Positions 26,673 to 36,799 of a stretch of 64,000 nucleotides of DNA are shown here, piece after piece; position 1 is the first letter of the stretch, and each line of letters opens with the position of its first letter. Both the position numbers and the translations under genes were made by a program. The stretch comes from an uncultured Actinomycetes bacterium (GTDB lineage: Bacteria; Actinomycetota; Thermoleophilia; UBA2241). The stretch spans positions 256,001 to 320,000 of the forward strand of contig CAVYCN010000003.1 in the NCBI GenBank assembly GCA_963767005.1. The letters run 5' to 3'. Below the pieces are notes generated by a model. It was not told where the DNA came from and did not search any database. It worked only from the letters and a program-made list of their open reading frames with translations.

Positions 26673-27317
26673 GTGGACGACCCGACCGGCTCTCTCGGCG
26701 TAACCGACCCTGGCGACGGCGCCGGCGCCGCCAAGCGCGAGCTGCGGCGGCGCATCGTCGCGCGCCGCGACGCGATGGCGGGCGCGCAGCGCCGCGCCGC
26801 CGGCGCGGCGCTGCGCGCCCGCCTCACTGCCCTGCCGGCCCTGACCGCCGCCCGCACCGTCCTCTGCTTCGCCTCGTTTCGCACCGAGGTCGACACGGCG
26901 CCTCTGGTCTCATGGCTGCTCGAACGCGACGTCACCGTGGCGCTGCCGCGCATGATGGGCCCGCGCCACATCGAGGCCCTCGCCGTGACCGAGCCGTCCG
27001 CCGACCTCGTGCCGGGACGTTACGACATCCCGGAGCCACGCGCCGGGCTGCCCGTGGTCGCGCCCGCGACGATCGACGTGGTGATCGTGCCCGGCTCGGC
27101 CTTCGACGCCCGCGGCGGACGCCTGGGCTACGGCGGCGGCTTCTACGACGCGTTCCTCGCCCGCACACGGCCCGAGACGCGGCGCGTCGGCATCTGCTTC
27201 GAGCTCCAGGTCGTCGCGTCCGTGCCTCGCGAACCTCACGACCTCTGCGTCGACGTCCTCGTCACTGAGCTGCGCGTCATCGAGACGGGCTGCCGGCCCG
27301 ACACCCCCGCTCCCTGA
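26673..27317 (+). CDS. 5-formyltetrahydrofolate cyclo-ligase (start approximate)
   Basis: KRELR, EVDT, IPEP, VPGSAFD..GGRLGYGGGFYD, HDLCVD. Confidence 0.92.
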   Translation: MDDPTGSLGVTDPGDGAGAAKRELRRRIVARRDAMAGAQRRAAGAALRARLTALPALTAARTVLCFASFRTEVDTAPLVSWLLERDVTVALPRMMGPRHIEALAVTEPSADLVPGRYDIPEPRAGLPVVAPATIDVVIVPGSAFDARGGRLGYGGGFYDAFLARTRPETRRVGICFELQVVASVPREPHDLCVDVLVTELRVIETGCRPDTPAP

Positions 27318-27350
27318 GCCGGGCCGACGGTGGCCCGGGGGCGGCCGTGC

Positions 27351-30300
27351 CTACCGCCTGACGGTGAACGTCTTCACGTTGCTGGTGCCGCTTCCCGTCG
27401 ACACCGTGACCTTGCACTTGCCGAGCCTTGCCTTAGCCGGCACCAGGCACCTGATGCGAGTAGAGCTCCACGAGATGTACCTGGTGCACTTGAAGCCGCC
27501 GAACTTGACATAGAACACCGACCGCCTGGAGCCGAAGTTGGCGCCGATGATCGTGACGCTTGCACCGCGACGCCCGGATGTCGGTGACACCCTGATAATG
27601 GCCGCCCTTGGTGGGACGACCGTGAACCTCGTCTGACTCGCTGCAGTACCGCCTGGCGTGGTGATCGTGATCGTCCCACTGGTCGCGCTCGCCGGCACGA
27701 TCGCTGTGATCTGCGCGTCCGAGCCCTCGGTGAAGCTCGCGCCGGTGCCGTTGAACTTGACCGCCGTCGCGCCGCTGAAGTCCGTGCCGGTGAGAGCCAC
27801 GCTGGTGCCGACGGGGCCCGAGGTCGGGGTGAAGCCGGTCACCGTCGGAGCCCCGATCACCGTGAAGTCCGTCGCGCTGGTGGCGGTGCCGAGCGGGGTC
27901 GTCACCGATACCGGGCCGCTGGTGGCGCCAGCCGGCACGGTGGCGTCGATCTCCGCTGCATTGTCTATGGTGAAGCTCGCCGCGGTGCCGTTGAACGTGA
28001 CCGCCGTGGCGCCGGTGAGGTCGCCGCCGAGCAGGGTCACGCTGGTGCCGACTGGGCCGGAGTCCGGCATGAGAAGGGCAAGCCGGAATCCCATGTCCAC
28101 CATGAAACTGGTCGCGCCGGTGGCGGTGCCGAGCGGAGTCGTCACCGACACCGGGCCGCTGGTGGCGCCGGCCGGCACGGTGGCGGTGATCTGCGCCGGA
28201 TTGTCCACGGTGAAGCTCGCGGCGGTGCCGTTGAACGTGACCGCCGTGGCGCCGGTGAGGCCACCGCCGAGCAGGGTCACGCTGGTGCCGGGCGGGCCGG
28301 AGTCCGGCATGAGAAGGGCAAGCCACGGCCCTGGAAGCACCGTGAAGGTCGCGGTGCTGGCAACACTACCGGCGGGAGTGGTGATCGAGATCACTCCACT
28401 GGTGGCTCCGCCGGGCACTTTGGCCGTGATCTGCGTTGCCGAATCCACCGTGAACGTCGTGGCGGCGAGGCCGTTGAACTCGACCGCCGTCGCGCCGGTG
28501 AAGCCGCCTCCGGTGACGGTGACCGTCGTGTCTGGCTTGCCCGCGGTGGGGGTGAAGGAGACCGGTGGTGCGACCGTGAAGTCGGCGGTCTTGTGGGCCT
28601 CGACGTTGCCGGCCGCGTCCACCGACCAGAACTCGAGATGGTAGGTGCCCAGGGTCGTCGCGCTGACCGTCGTCCCGGTCCCGCTGCGGTTCTCGGCGCC
28701 CGAAAGCACCCACTTCGTGGAGGCGACGCCAGAGCCCCCGGCGTTGTCTCTGGGGTCCAGCGTGATCGTCGCGGGTCCGGCGTAGAGGCCGACGGCATCG
28801 CAGGTGGTGCTGGGTGGGGTGTCGTCTGCGGTCGCATCAGAGAACGCGAGGATCGCACCCCCGTTGCCCACGGCCCAGCCGTGGTGATCGTCCACGAAGT
28901 GCACACCCCACAGCATCGGGGCGCGGATAGGCTCAGGCGTCCAGTGGGTGCCGCCGTCGGTGGTCGCGATGAGGCCGCTACCGTCGTACAGACTGACCGC
29001 CCAGCCGTGGGTCGGGTCGGCAAACGACACAGACTCGAGGGTGTCGGTGGTGCCCGATGACTGGGGAGTCCAGTGGGCACCACCGTCGGTAGTTGCGATG
29101 ATCGCGCCATTGAACCCCACCGCCCAGCCGTGGGTATCGTCGGTGAAGGCGACAGAGTTGAGGTCGCTCGAACCCGACGTCTGGGGAGTCCAATGGGCGC
29201 CGCCGTCGGTGGTCGCGAGGATGGCGCCCTGGAACCCCACGGCCCAGCCGTGGGTCGCGTCGGGGAAGGCGACTGCGTTGAGCTCCGTGGTCGCATTGCC
29301 TGCCGCCTGCGCTGCCCAGTGTGCGCCGCCGTCGGTCGTGGCGAGGATGAGGCTGGTGTAAACCCGCATCCCGGGATGGTAGTTGCTTCCCACCGCCCAG
29401 CCGTGGAGAGAGTCGCTGAACGCGACCCCGAGGAGATCCATGTCACCGTTGTTGTTCTGAACGTTCCAGGTGGCGCCACCGTCGCTGGTCGCAACGATGG
29501 CGCCGATAGAGCCCACCGCCCACCCGTGCTGGGCATCGGTGAAGGTCACCGAAGAGAGCGACCCGAAGCTGTTGCCGGAGGCCGTCTGAGCCGCCCAGTG
29601 GGCGCCGCCGTCCGATGTCGCGAGGATGGCGCCGCCGTAGCTGCCTCCCACCGCCCACCCCCGTTGGGCGTCGGCAAAGAACACCGAGTTGAGGTCGTCC
29701 TCGGTGCCGGCCGTCGGCGTCTGAGACGACCAATCGGCTCCGGCGTCGGTGGTTGCGAGGATCGTGCCGGATTCGTTCACCGCCCAGCCGCGATCGGGGT
29801 CGGCGAAGGTGACCGAGCTGAGGCCATCCAGCACGTGGGATTGCTGGACGGTCCAGTTCGCGCCACCGTCGGTGGTCGCGAGGACTTCGCCCGCGATGCT
29901 GCCGTCGGCATTAGAGTCAGCCGCCCAGCCGTGGGTGGCATCCGTGAAATGGACCGAGTAGAGATGGTTCGCCGTGCCCGGCGCCGTCTGGTTGGTCCAG
30001 TGCGCGCCGCCGTCGGTTGTCGCGACGATGGCGCCGGAACCCCAGCCCACCGCCCAGCCGTGCGCCGCATCGACGAAATCGACCGACTTCAGAGCGTCCG
30101 TGGTTCCCGAGGCCTGCAACGCCCAGTTGGCGCCACCGTCGGTGGTCGCTAGGATGGCGCCGTTGTAGCCGACCGCCCAGCCATGATCGGCGTCGGCGCA
30201 GTCGATCGACTCGAGGTCTTGCGTTGCGCCCGCGCTCTGAAGCGTCCAGTGCGCGCCGCCGTCGGTGGTCGCGTAGATCAGGCCGTCGAACCCCTCGAAC

Positions 30301-32489
30301 CCCGCCGCCCAGCCGTCGCTGTCGTCGGCGAAGGCCACGGACTCGAGCGTCGCCGCCGCGGTGATGCCCGATGCCTGTGCCACCCACGTGGCGCCGCCGT
30401 CGGTCGTCGCGACGACGGTGCCGGCAGCACCCACGGCCCAGCCGTGGTCGGCGTCGGCGAAGTCGACCGAGTTCAGGTGGTCCGTGATGCCCGAGTCCTG
30501 GGTGACCCAGTGCCCCCCGCCGTCGGTCGTCGCCAGGATGAGCCCGGCCGCGCCCACCGACCAGCCGTGGTCGACATCGGCGAAGCAGACGGAGCTGAAG
30601 CTCATGGCCTGCGGCAGCGGGTTCTGCCAGAACCAGTCATCGACTCCGGTGCAGATGAAGCTCAAGGAGCTCGTGGCCGAGCCTTCGGGCGCCGTGACGG
30701 TGATCGGGCCCGACGCGTCGCTTGAAGGCACAGTGGCCGTGATCTCGGAGTCCGAGTCGACGCTGAACGTCGTCGCGGGCGTGCCATTGAAGCTCACCGC
30801 CGTGACGTTCGTGAACCCGGTGCCGCTGATGGTCACGCTCGAGCCCACGGCGCCGGACGCCGGTCTGAAGCCGGTGATCGAGTGCGCCGGCGCGGTGACG
30901 GTGAAGCTCGTCGCGCTCGTGGCCGTCCCGATGGGCGTGGTCACGCTCACCCTGCCGCTGGTGGCGCCGCCGGGCACCGTAGCCGTGATCTGCGTGTCGG
31001 AGTCGACGCTGAACGCTAGCGCGGCGGTGCCGTGGAACCTGACCGATGTGGCCCCGCTGAAGTCGGTACCGGTGAGGGTCACGATGGTGCCGACCGGGCC
31101 CGACGCCGGGGCGAGACCAGTGATCGCGAACGGCGTCCCGCGATAGAGGGCGTTGGCCAGATCGAGACGGCCACCCGATGCGACCTTGCCCGCCAGCCCG
31201 TCGACCGGATCGACGCTGCTCTCGATCTCGCTGATACGCGTCGCCATGCTCTCGTCGGGGTAGGCCGCCGCCATCAGGGCGACGGCGCCGGTGACGTACG
31301 GCGCTGCCAGCGAGGTGCCGTTCTCCGACTCGTAGCCGGCGGAGTCGAGCGCTGTCGGGATCGTGCTCAGGATATCGACGCCGGGAGCCGCCAGGTCGAC
31401 GGTCGTCGGACCCCAGTTGGAGAACGACGCCAGGGAGTCGCTGCTGTCCGTCGCGGCCACCGTGATGATGTTGGGACAGTCGTAGGCCGCAGGGTAGAAG
31501 GGCGTCGTGTCGTTGTCGGTGCCGTTGTTGCCGGCGGCGCAGACGCAGACGATGCCGGCGTTGCCGGCGGCGGCGATGGCGTCGTGCAGGGTCTGGTCAT
31601 AGCCGCCCGCCTGTCCCCACGAGCAGTTGGCCGCCACGACGTCGACCCCGTAGTGGACCTTCTCCCAGGTCATGTAGTTGATGCAGGTGACGGCGTCGGA
31701 CGTATAGCCAGAGCCGGCGCTGCTCATGAACTTGAGCGCCATGACCTGGGCCGACCAGCACACGCCGGCCACGCCGGTGCCGTTGTCGCCCACCGCCGCC
31801 ATGATCCCGGCGGTGAGCGTGCCGTGGCCGTTGTCGTCGGCGGGGTCACCGCTCGCGGTGATGGCATTGATGCCGTGGACGTCGTCGACGTAGCCGTTGC
31901 CGTCGTCGTCGATGCCGTTGCCCGCCGTCTCGCCCGGGTTGTCCCACATGTTGGCGGCGAGGTCGGGGTGCGTGTAATCGACACCGGTATCGATGTCGGC
32001 GACCACGACGCCGGACGAGCCGGTCGACGTGCCCCAGGCGAGGGGCGCACTGATCTGGCTCAACCCCCAAAGGTTGGCGAAGAGGGGATCGTTCGGGGTG
32101 ACAGCCGCGGCGGCCTTGATCACATAGTCGGGTTCGACGTACTCGACCGCCGGGTCGCCTTTGTACTTGCCGATCAGCTCGCCGGTGCTGAGGCTGTCGG
32201 ACGACACGACGACGTAGCGGCCCGTGGCATTGAGTCCGAACGTGCGGACCCGGCCCACGACCTGCGCGTTCATGTCGGCGGCGGCGGACCGTGCGGCGGC
32301 CATCGGTACGCTGAGGCGGTACTTGACGATCACGCGCCCCTCAGCCTTCGGCGCGGCCCCCTTGGCCAAGGCCGGCGCAGCCGAGGCCGCGAAGACCAGG
32401 GCCAGGAAGATCAGAAGCGCAGGGCCAAGAAGGGTGTACGCACGCCGCCCGGAATTCGGCCTGCCTGCCAATGTTGCTGGACTCCCCAC
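27351..32489 (-). CDS. Large secreted S8 subtilase with IPT/TIG domains and YCF48/BNR-like beta-propeller repeats
   Basis: Signal peptide; catalytic [19 protein letters not shown]; repeated [18 protein letters not shown] units; several P.SGPVGT.VT.G IPT repeats. Confidence 0.9.
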   Translation of the reverse strand: MGSPATLAGRPNSGRRAYTLLGPALLIFLALVFAASAAPALAKGAAPKAEGRVIVKYRLSVPMAAARSAAADMNAQVVGRVRTFGLNATGRYVVVSSDSLSTGELIGKYKGDPAVEYVEPDYVIKAAAAVTPNDPLFANLWGLSQISAPLAWGTSTGSSGVVVADIDTGVDYTHPDLAANMWDNPGETAGNGIDDDGNGYVDDVHGINAITASGDPADDNGHGTLTAGIMAAVGDNGTGVAGVCWSAQVMALKFMSSAGSGYTSDAVTCINYMTWEKVHYGVDVVAANCSWGQAGGYDQTLHDAIAAAGNAGIVCVCAAGNNGTDNDTTPFYPAAYDCPNIITVAATDSSDSLASFSNWGPTTVDLAAPGVDILSTIPTALDSAGYESENGTSLAAPYVTGAVALMAAAYPDESMATRISEIESSVDPVDGLAGKVASGGRLDLANALYRGTPFAITGLAPASGPVGTIVTLTGTDFSGATSVRFHGTAALAFSVDSDTQITATVPGGATSGRVSVTTPIGTATSATSFTVTAPAHSITGFRPASGAVGSSVTISGTGFTNVTAVSFNGTPATTFSVDSDSEITATVPSSDASGPITVTAPEGSATSSLSFICTGVDDWFWQNPLPQAMSFSSVCFADVDHGWSVGAAGLILATTDGGGHWVTQDSGITDHLNSVDFADADHGWAVGAAGTVVATTDGGATWVAQASGITAAATLESVAFADDSDGWAAGFEGFDGLIYATTDGGAHWTLQSAGATQDLESIDCADADHGWAVGYNGAILATTDGGANWALQASGTTDALKSVDFVDAAHGWAVGWGSGAIVATTDGGAHWTNQTAPGTANHLYSVHFTDATHGWAADSNADGSIAGEVLATTDGGANWTVQQSHVLDGLSSVTFADPDRGWAVNESGTILATTDAGADWSSQTPTAGTEDDLNSVFFADAQRGWAVGGSYGGAILATSDGGAHWAAQTASGNSFGSLSSVTFTDAQHGWAVGSIGAIVATSDGGATWNVQNNNGDMDLLGVAFSDSLHGWAVGSNYHPGMRVYTSLILATTDGGAHWAAQAAGNATTELNAVAFPDATHGWAVGFQGAILATTDGGAHWTPQTSGSSDLNSVAFTDDTHGWAVGFNGAIIATTDGGAHWTPQSSGTTDTLESVSFADPTHGWAVSLYDGSGLIATTDGGTHWTPEPIRAPMLWGVHFVDDHHGWAVGNGGAILAFSDATADDTPPSTTCDAVGLYAGPATITLDPRDNAGGSGVASTKWVLSGAENRSGTGTTVSATTLGTYHLEFWSVDAAGNVEAHKTADFTVAPPVSFTPTAGKPDTTVTVTGGGFTGATAVEFNGLAATTFTVDSATQITAKVPGGATSGVISITTPAGSVASTATFTVLPGPWLALLMPDSGPPGTSVTLLGGGLTGATAVTFNGTAASFTVDNPAQITATVPAGATSGPVSVTTPLGTATGATSFMVDMGFRLALLMPDSGPVGTSVTLLGGDLTGATAVTFNGTAASFTIDNAAEIDATVPAGATSGPVSVTTPLGTATSATDFTVIGAPTVTGFTPTSGPVGTSVALTGTDFSGATAVKFNGTGASFTEGSDAQITAIVPASATSGTITITTPGGTAASQTRFTVVPPRAAIIRVSPTSGRRGASVTIIGANFGSRRSVFYVKFGGFKCTRYISWSSTRIRCLVPAKARLGKCKVTVSTGSGTSNVKTFTVRR
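27861..28324. repeat. Intragenic tandem duplication with 240-bp period (two IPT domains)
   Basis: 27861-28084 and 28101-28324 are nearly identical at DNA level, e.g. GGGCCGGAGTCCGGCATGAGAAGGGCAAGCC in both. Confidence 0.85.
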
Positions 32490-32750
32490 GTACCGGCCCC
32501 CAGTCGGGTGCGATCTCCAGGCGTCGCGTCTGCCTCCCGTCTCCCGGAGGGAAGTACGGTCCGCCTAGCATACTGTGCACGAAACCCTGCGGCGACTCGG
32601 ACGATCCTCCAGGCGGCTCGCGGGCCGGCAGGGCGTCAGCCGGTCACCCCGTGGGTCGCAGGCGTGAGCGCTCTCTCGAAAGGAACGGGGCTGCGGAGTG
32701 GGGCTGCGTGAGCTGCGTGAACCGCCCCGAGTTCAGCGGTACGGACGCCC

Positions 32751-33359
32751 TCAGCCCGCGGACGGCCGCCGCAGGGTCGCCGCCATCGTGACGGCCATGG
32801 CGCGCACCTCGCCGACAAGCGCTGTGTTGCGCTCGGCGTCGCCCTCGCGGTAGGCCAGACCGCTCACCGCGAGCGGCCTCACCTTGTGGTCCGACGCGAG
32901 CGCCACGAACCGGCGCAGGGCGTCGAGCGCGTCGTCCAAGCCGGTGCTCTCGGCCACGGCGATCAGCCCGACCGCCCGCGCCCGCAGCCAGATCTCGTGG
33001 TAGTTGTTGAAGCAGCTGCGGTCGAGGAAGACCTTCATCTGACCGGCCAGGTTCTCGTAGTACACCGGTGTCGCCAGGATCAGCCCGTCGGCCGCGTACA
33101 TGCGCTCGAGCAGCCCGGCCGCGTCGTCGTCATGGGGGCACGCGCCGAGGCTTTCGCACTCGTCGTGACCCTGGCAGGGCAGCACGCGATGCTCGGCGAG
33201 CACGATCTTCTCGACGGCGACGCCTCGGCGGGCGAGCTCGTCGAGCGCGACGTCGGCGAGGAACGAGCTGTTGCCGTGACGGCGGGGACTGCCCACGATC
33301 GCCACGACGGCCGGTGCGTCGTCGATTGCGGGCTTGGGACTCTCGAAGGCCATGCGCAC
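32751..33359 (-). CDS. Flavodoxin family / iron-sulfur flavoprotein-like FMN reductase
   Basis: GSPRRHGNS, CxxHxxC-x5-C, TPVYY, KVFLDR. Confidence 0.85.
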   Translation of the reverse strand: MRMAFESPKPAIDDAPAVVAIVGSPRRHGNSSFLADVALDELARRGVAVEKIVLAEHRVLPCQGHDECESLGACPHDDDAAGLLERMYAADGLILATPVYYENLAGQMKVFLDRSCFNNYHEIWLRARAVGLIAVAESTGLDDALDALRRFVALASDHKVRPLAVSGLAYREGDAERNTALVGEVRAMAVTMAATLRRPSAG

Positions 33360-33631
33360 TCCAGGGTCGACTTCGGGATGGGCTGTCGGCGTGAGGAGTC
33401 TACTCCCCCGGCGACCGGCTCTGGTCGAGCAGCAGCGCCGGTCAGGCGCCCGACTCCGATCGACGGCCGAGCGCCGGCTGCGGTCGGAAGCCGGGCGCAG
33501 GCACCAATCTTGATTGTCGCCGTCCGAGACCGTACAGTGACCTAGGTGCCGATGCGGGGCTCGCCAGCGGCCGCGGCGGCACCTCCGCGGATGGCCGCGG
33601 AGCCGGTTCCCCCGAAGCAGAGAGATGGGAC

Positions 33632-33835
33632 ATGCCCAACATCGGCCTTCCCGAGTTGCTCATCATCTTCGCGATCATCGTGCTCCTGTTCGGCGCCACG
33701 CGGCTGCCTGGTCTCGGCAAGTCGGTCGGCCAGAGCGTCCGCGGCTTCAAGCAGGGCCTCTCCGGCGACGACGAAGAGAAGCCCAAGGAGCTCGAGAACA
33801 AGCCGACCGGCGACCCGAAGCCGCCGGTCGCCTGA
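33632..33835 (+). CDS. tatA: Twin-arginine translocase TatA/E
   Basis: IGLPELLIIFAIIVLLFGATRLPGLGKSVGQSVRGFK. Confidence 0.93.
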   Translation: MPNIGLPELLIIFAIIVLLFGATRLPGLGKSVGQSVRGFKQGLSGDDEEKPKELENKPTGDPKPPVA

Positions 33836-33884
33836 AGACCTCGCGCCGTACGCGACCGGCGACCCGAAGCCGCCGGTCGTCTGA
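33804..33884. repeat. Direct repeat of a 27-32 bp hairpin (period 49) at the tatA 3' end
   Basis: CGACCGGCG-ACCCGAAGC-CGCCGGTCG at 33804 and 33853, followed by CCTGA and TCTGA. Confidence 0.88.
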
Positions 33885-33928
33885 CAGTCGTGCACGCGTC
33901 GCGGCAGCCCTGAGCGCGCCGCCGACCC

Positions 33929-34417
33929 TCAGCCCGCGGCCGGTCGCCCTCCGACGCGTTCGAGCAGACACACCGCCGTCGCCGACATGCCCTCGGCGCG
34001 ACCCTCGAAGCCCATGCCCTCGGTGGTCGTCGCCTTGACCCCGACCGCGTCGGACGTCACCTCGAGCGCCTCGGCCAGCCGCGCCCTCATGCGTTCGCGG
34101 TAGGTCGCGAGGCGCGGCCGCTGCGCCACGATCACGAGATCGACGTTGCCGACGGCCCATCCGGCGGCGTGGGCGCGCGCCACCACGTCGCGCAGCAGGG
34201 CGATGCTCGAAGCCCCTTCGTAGGCCGGGTCGGTGTCCGGGAACAGGGCGCCGATGTCGCCCAGGCCGGCGGCGCCCAGGACGGCGTCGATCACGGCATG
34301 CGTGGCGACGTCGGCGTCGGAGTGGCCGGCGAGGCCGAGCTCGTGGTCGATGGCAAGACCGCAGAGCACGAGGCGCCGGTCCGGCGCCAGGCGGTGCGCG
34401 TCGAAACCGATCCCCAC
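33929..34417 (-). CDS. ispF: MECDP synthase
   Basis: GIGFDAH, GHSDADV, GDIGALFPD, KATTTEGMGF. Confidence 0.95.
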   Translation of the reverse strand: MGIGFDAHRLAPDRRLVLCGLAIDHELGLAGHSDADVATHAVIDAVLGAAGLGDIGALFPDTDPAYEGASSIALLRDVVARAHAAGWAVGNVDLVIVAQRPRLATYRERMRARLAEALEVTSDAVGVKATTTEGMGFEGRAEGMSATAVCLLERVGGRPAAG

Positions 34418-34418
34418 C

Positions 34419-35153
34419 CTAGACGTCAGCCTCGGCCTCCCACGACAGCAGGGCGCTCGCCAGCGGCAGGTCGGCCGGCGTCGTGATCTTGACGTTGGCC
34501 GGCGTCGAGGGCACGACGACCACGCTCGAGCCGGCCCGCTCGAGGATCGACGCGTCGTCGGTCGCGCCGCTCACGTCGGTGCGGTCGTAGGCGGCCCGCA
34601 GGGCCGCCGCGCGGAACACCTGGGGGGTCTGCACGGCCCAGAGCTCGCGACGGTCGACCGTGCGCAGCACGAGACCGTCGCCGTCGGCCCGCTTGAGCGT
34701 ATCGACGACGGCGGTCGCCGGCACGGCGCCGTCGGCCCGGTCGAGGGCGCTGAGACAGTCGAGGAACACATGGCGGCCGAACAGCGGCCGGGCGCCATCG
34801 TGCACGGCGATCACGTCGGCGTCGGCCGGCACCGCGGCAAGCCCGGCCCGCACCGAGTCGCAGCGCTCGCGGCCGCCCTCGGCGATCAGCACGGGCTTGC
34901 CCTGGCCGGCGGCGACCTCGAGGCCGGCGAAGCGCACCACGTGCGACGGATGCAGCACGACGACGACGCCGGCCACCTCGTCGATCGCCGACAGGCGCCG
35001 CACCGAGTGGCAGATGATGGGCTCGCCGGCGAGCAGCAGGAACTGCTTGGACTCGCCCTCGGGCAGCCCCATGCGGCGGCTCTCGCCGGCCGCCGCCACG
35101 ATCACCCAGACGCGTGCACCTGCGGGCACCGTCGTCTCACCGCCCTTCGTCAC
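34419..35153 (-). CDS. ispD: MEP cytidylyltransferase
   Basis: AAAGESRRMG, GGRERCDSV, VHDGARP, QTPQVF, TDDA, NVKITTPADL. Confidence 0.95.
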   Translation of the reverse strand: MTKGGETTVPAGARVWVIVAAAGESRRMGLPEGESKQFLLLAGEPIICHSVRRLSAIDEVAGVVVVLHPSHVVRFAGLEVAAGQGKPVLIAEGGRERCDSVRAGLAAVPADADVIAVHDGARPLFGRHVFLDCLSALDRADGAVPATAVVDTLKRADGDGLVLRTVDRRELWAVQTPQVFRAAALRAAYDRTDVSGATDDASILERAGSSVVVVPSTPANVKITTPADLPLASALLSWEAEADV

Positions 35154-36217
35154 GCGCGGGCCGGCGCGCGGGCCGGCCGTGCGAAGATCATCTTGCCCGC
35201 CGGGTTCTGCAGCACGCTCGTCACCTCGACGCTCACCACGCTGCCCACGAGGGTGCGGCCGTCCTCGACCACGACCATCGTGCCGTCGTCCATGTAGCCC
35301 ACGCCCTGACCGGCCTCGCGTCCTTCGCGCAGCACCTTCACCTCGACCGCCTCGCCGGGCAGGACCGCCGTCTTGACGGCGTGCGCAAGACCGTTGACGT
35401 TGAGTACCCGCACACCCTTGATCTCGGCCACCTTGGCAAGGTTGAAGTCGGTCGTGAGCACGTCGGCGTCGAGCTGCTGGCCCATCCGCACGAGCTTGGC
35501 GTCGACGTCGGGCAGGTCGGGATAGTCGTCGTCGGGTGCCTGGACGTCGCGCACGGCCATGAGCTTGCGCACGAGGTCGAGGCCACGACGGCCGCGGGCG
35601 CGCTTCTCGGGGTCGGCCGAGTCGGCCAGGCGCTGCAGCTCGGCCAGCACGAAGCCCGGCACGACCAGCTCACCGGGCAGGAACCCGCTCTCGATGATGC
35701 CGATGATGCGCCCGTCGATGATCGCGCTCGTGTCGACCAGATGGCGCGGCGGCGGCGCGACCGGTTCACCCGCGGCGCGGGCCGGATCGAGGCCGATCAG
35801 GCGCAGGAGCTCGGCGTCCTTGCGAGCAGCGAGGTAGGCGAAGGCGTAGCCGAGCACGACGAACAGCGGGACCAGCAGGTAGGGGCCGCCCGGCAGGCGC
35901 ACGACGGCGAGGCTGCAGAGGGCGGCGATCGCCAGGCCCACGACGAGGCCCACGGTGCCGACCGCGACCTCGGCCGCCGAGCGCCGCGCCAGGAACCGCT
36001 CCATGCGGTCGACGAGCCGCACGCAGAGGCGGCCGACGAAGCCGCCGATGACGAAGCCGATGAGGCCGCCGAGCAGCGCCAGCAGGCAGTAGGCAAGAGG
36101 ATCGGAGCCGTGCGGCAGGAACGAGAGGCGGTCGCCGTGCTGCAGGTAGACGGTCGACTGGTAGCCCACGAGGGCTCCGAGGACCGTGAAGACGAAGCGG
36201 ACGATCTCGACGAACAC
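35150..36217 (-). CDS. Membrane PIN/TRAM-domain protein (YacL-like; start approximate)
   Basis: N-terminal TM helices, VDTSAIIDGRI, RARGRRGLD, TTDFNL, GVGYMDDGTMVVVE. Confidence 0.92.
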   Translation of the reverse strand: MFVEIVRFVFTVLGALVGYQSTVYLQHGDRLSFLPHGSDPLAYCLLALLGGLIGFVIGGFVGRLCVRLVDRMERFLARRSAAEVAVGTVGLVVGLAIAALCSLAVVRLPGGPYLLVPLFVVLGYAFAYLAARKDAELLRLIGLDPARAAGEPVAPPPRHLVDTSAIIDGRIIGIIESGFLPGELVVPGFVLAELQRLADSADPEKRARGRRGLDLVRKLMAVRDVQAPDDDYPDLPDVDAKLVRMGQQLDADVLTTDFNLAKVAEIKGVRVLNVNGLAHAVKTAVLPGEAVEVKVLREGREAGQGVGYMDDGTMVVVEDGRTLVGSVVSVEVTSVLQNPAGKMIFARPARAPARA

Positions 36218-36251
36218 GACGTACCCGGCGCCGGCGTCGCGATCCCGCGAC

Positions 36252-36797
36252 TCAGGCGACGGGGGCGACCTCGTGGGCGAGCTCGTGACTGCCGACACGA
36301 CCACCCGGCGCTCCACCGACTTCGTCGAGCACCGCGTCGAGGAAGGCGTTGGCGGCGTCTTCGCCCAGGTCGCGCGCGTACATGAGCTCGCTCGCGAGGA
36401 TCTTCTTGGCCTTGGAGAACATCTGCTTTTCGCCGGTCGACAGACCCTTGTCGCAGTGCCGGATCGCGAGGTTGCGCACGACCTCGGCGACCTCGAAGAT
36501 GTCGCCCGTCTTGAGCTTGTCGCGATTGTGCTTGTAGCGACGGCTCCAGTTCTTGGGCATCTTCGTCGGGTTGCCGTGCAGCACGGCGAGCACGTCGTCG
36601 ACCACATCCGACGCAACGACCTTGCGCAGGCCCGCGCGGTCGGCGGAGTCGACCGGGACCATGACGGTCATGTCGTTGTGCAGGATCTGGATGGTGAGGT
36701 ACTCGCGCAGCTGACCGCGCACTTCCATGTCCTCGATCTTCATGATCTTGCCCGCGCCGTGATGCGGGTAGACGACCTTATCGCCCACTCTGTACAA
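36252..36797 (-). CDS. carD: CarD-family transcription factor
   Basis: GDKVVYPHHGAG, NWSRRYK.N..KLKTGD, LSTGEKQM. Confidence 0.95.
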   Translation of the reverse strand: MYRVGDKVVYPHHGAGKIMKIEDMEVRGQLREYLTIQILHNDMTVMVPVDSADRAGLRKVVASDVVDDVLAVLHGNPTKMPKNWSRRYKHNRDKLKTGDIFEVAEVVRNLAIRHCDKGLSTGEKQMFSKAKKILASELMYARDLGEDAANAFLDAVLDEVGGAPGGRVGSHELAHEVAPVA

Positions 36798-36799
36798 GA

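Noticed and set aside
32490-32750. c-di-AMP riboswitch upstream of the S8 protease
   Set aside because: Only short fragments (CGCTGAA, GGGGTGA) resemble it; core motifs and spacing are missing
33804-33884. Mini-CRISPR (palindromic repeat-spacer-repeat)
   Set aside because: Only two repeats, spacer 17-22 bp, first repeat is inside tatA, no cas genes
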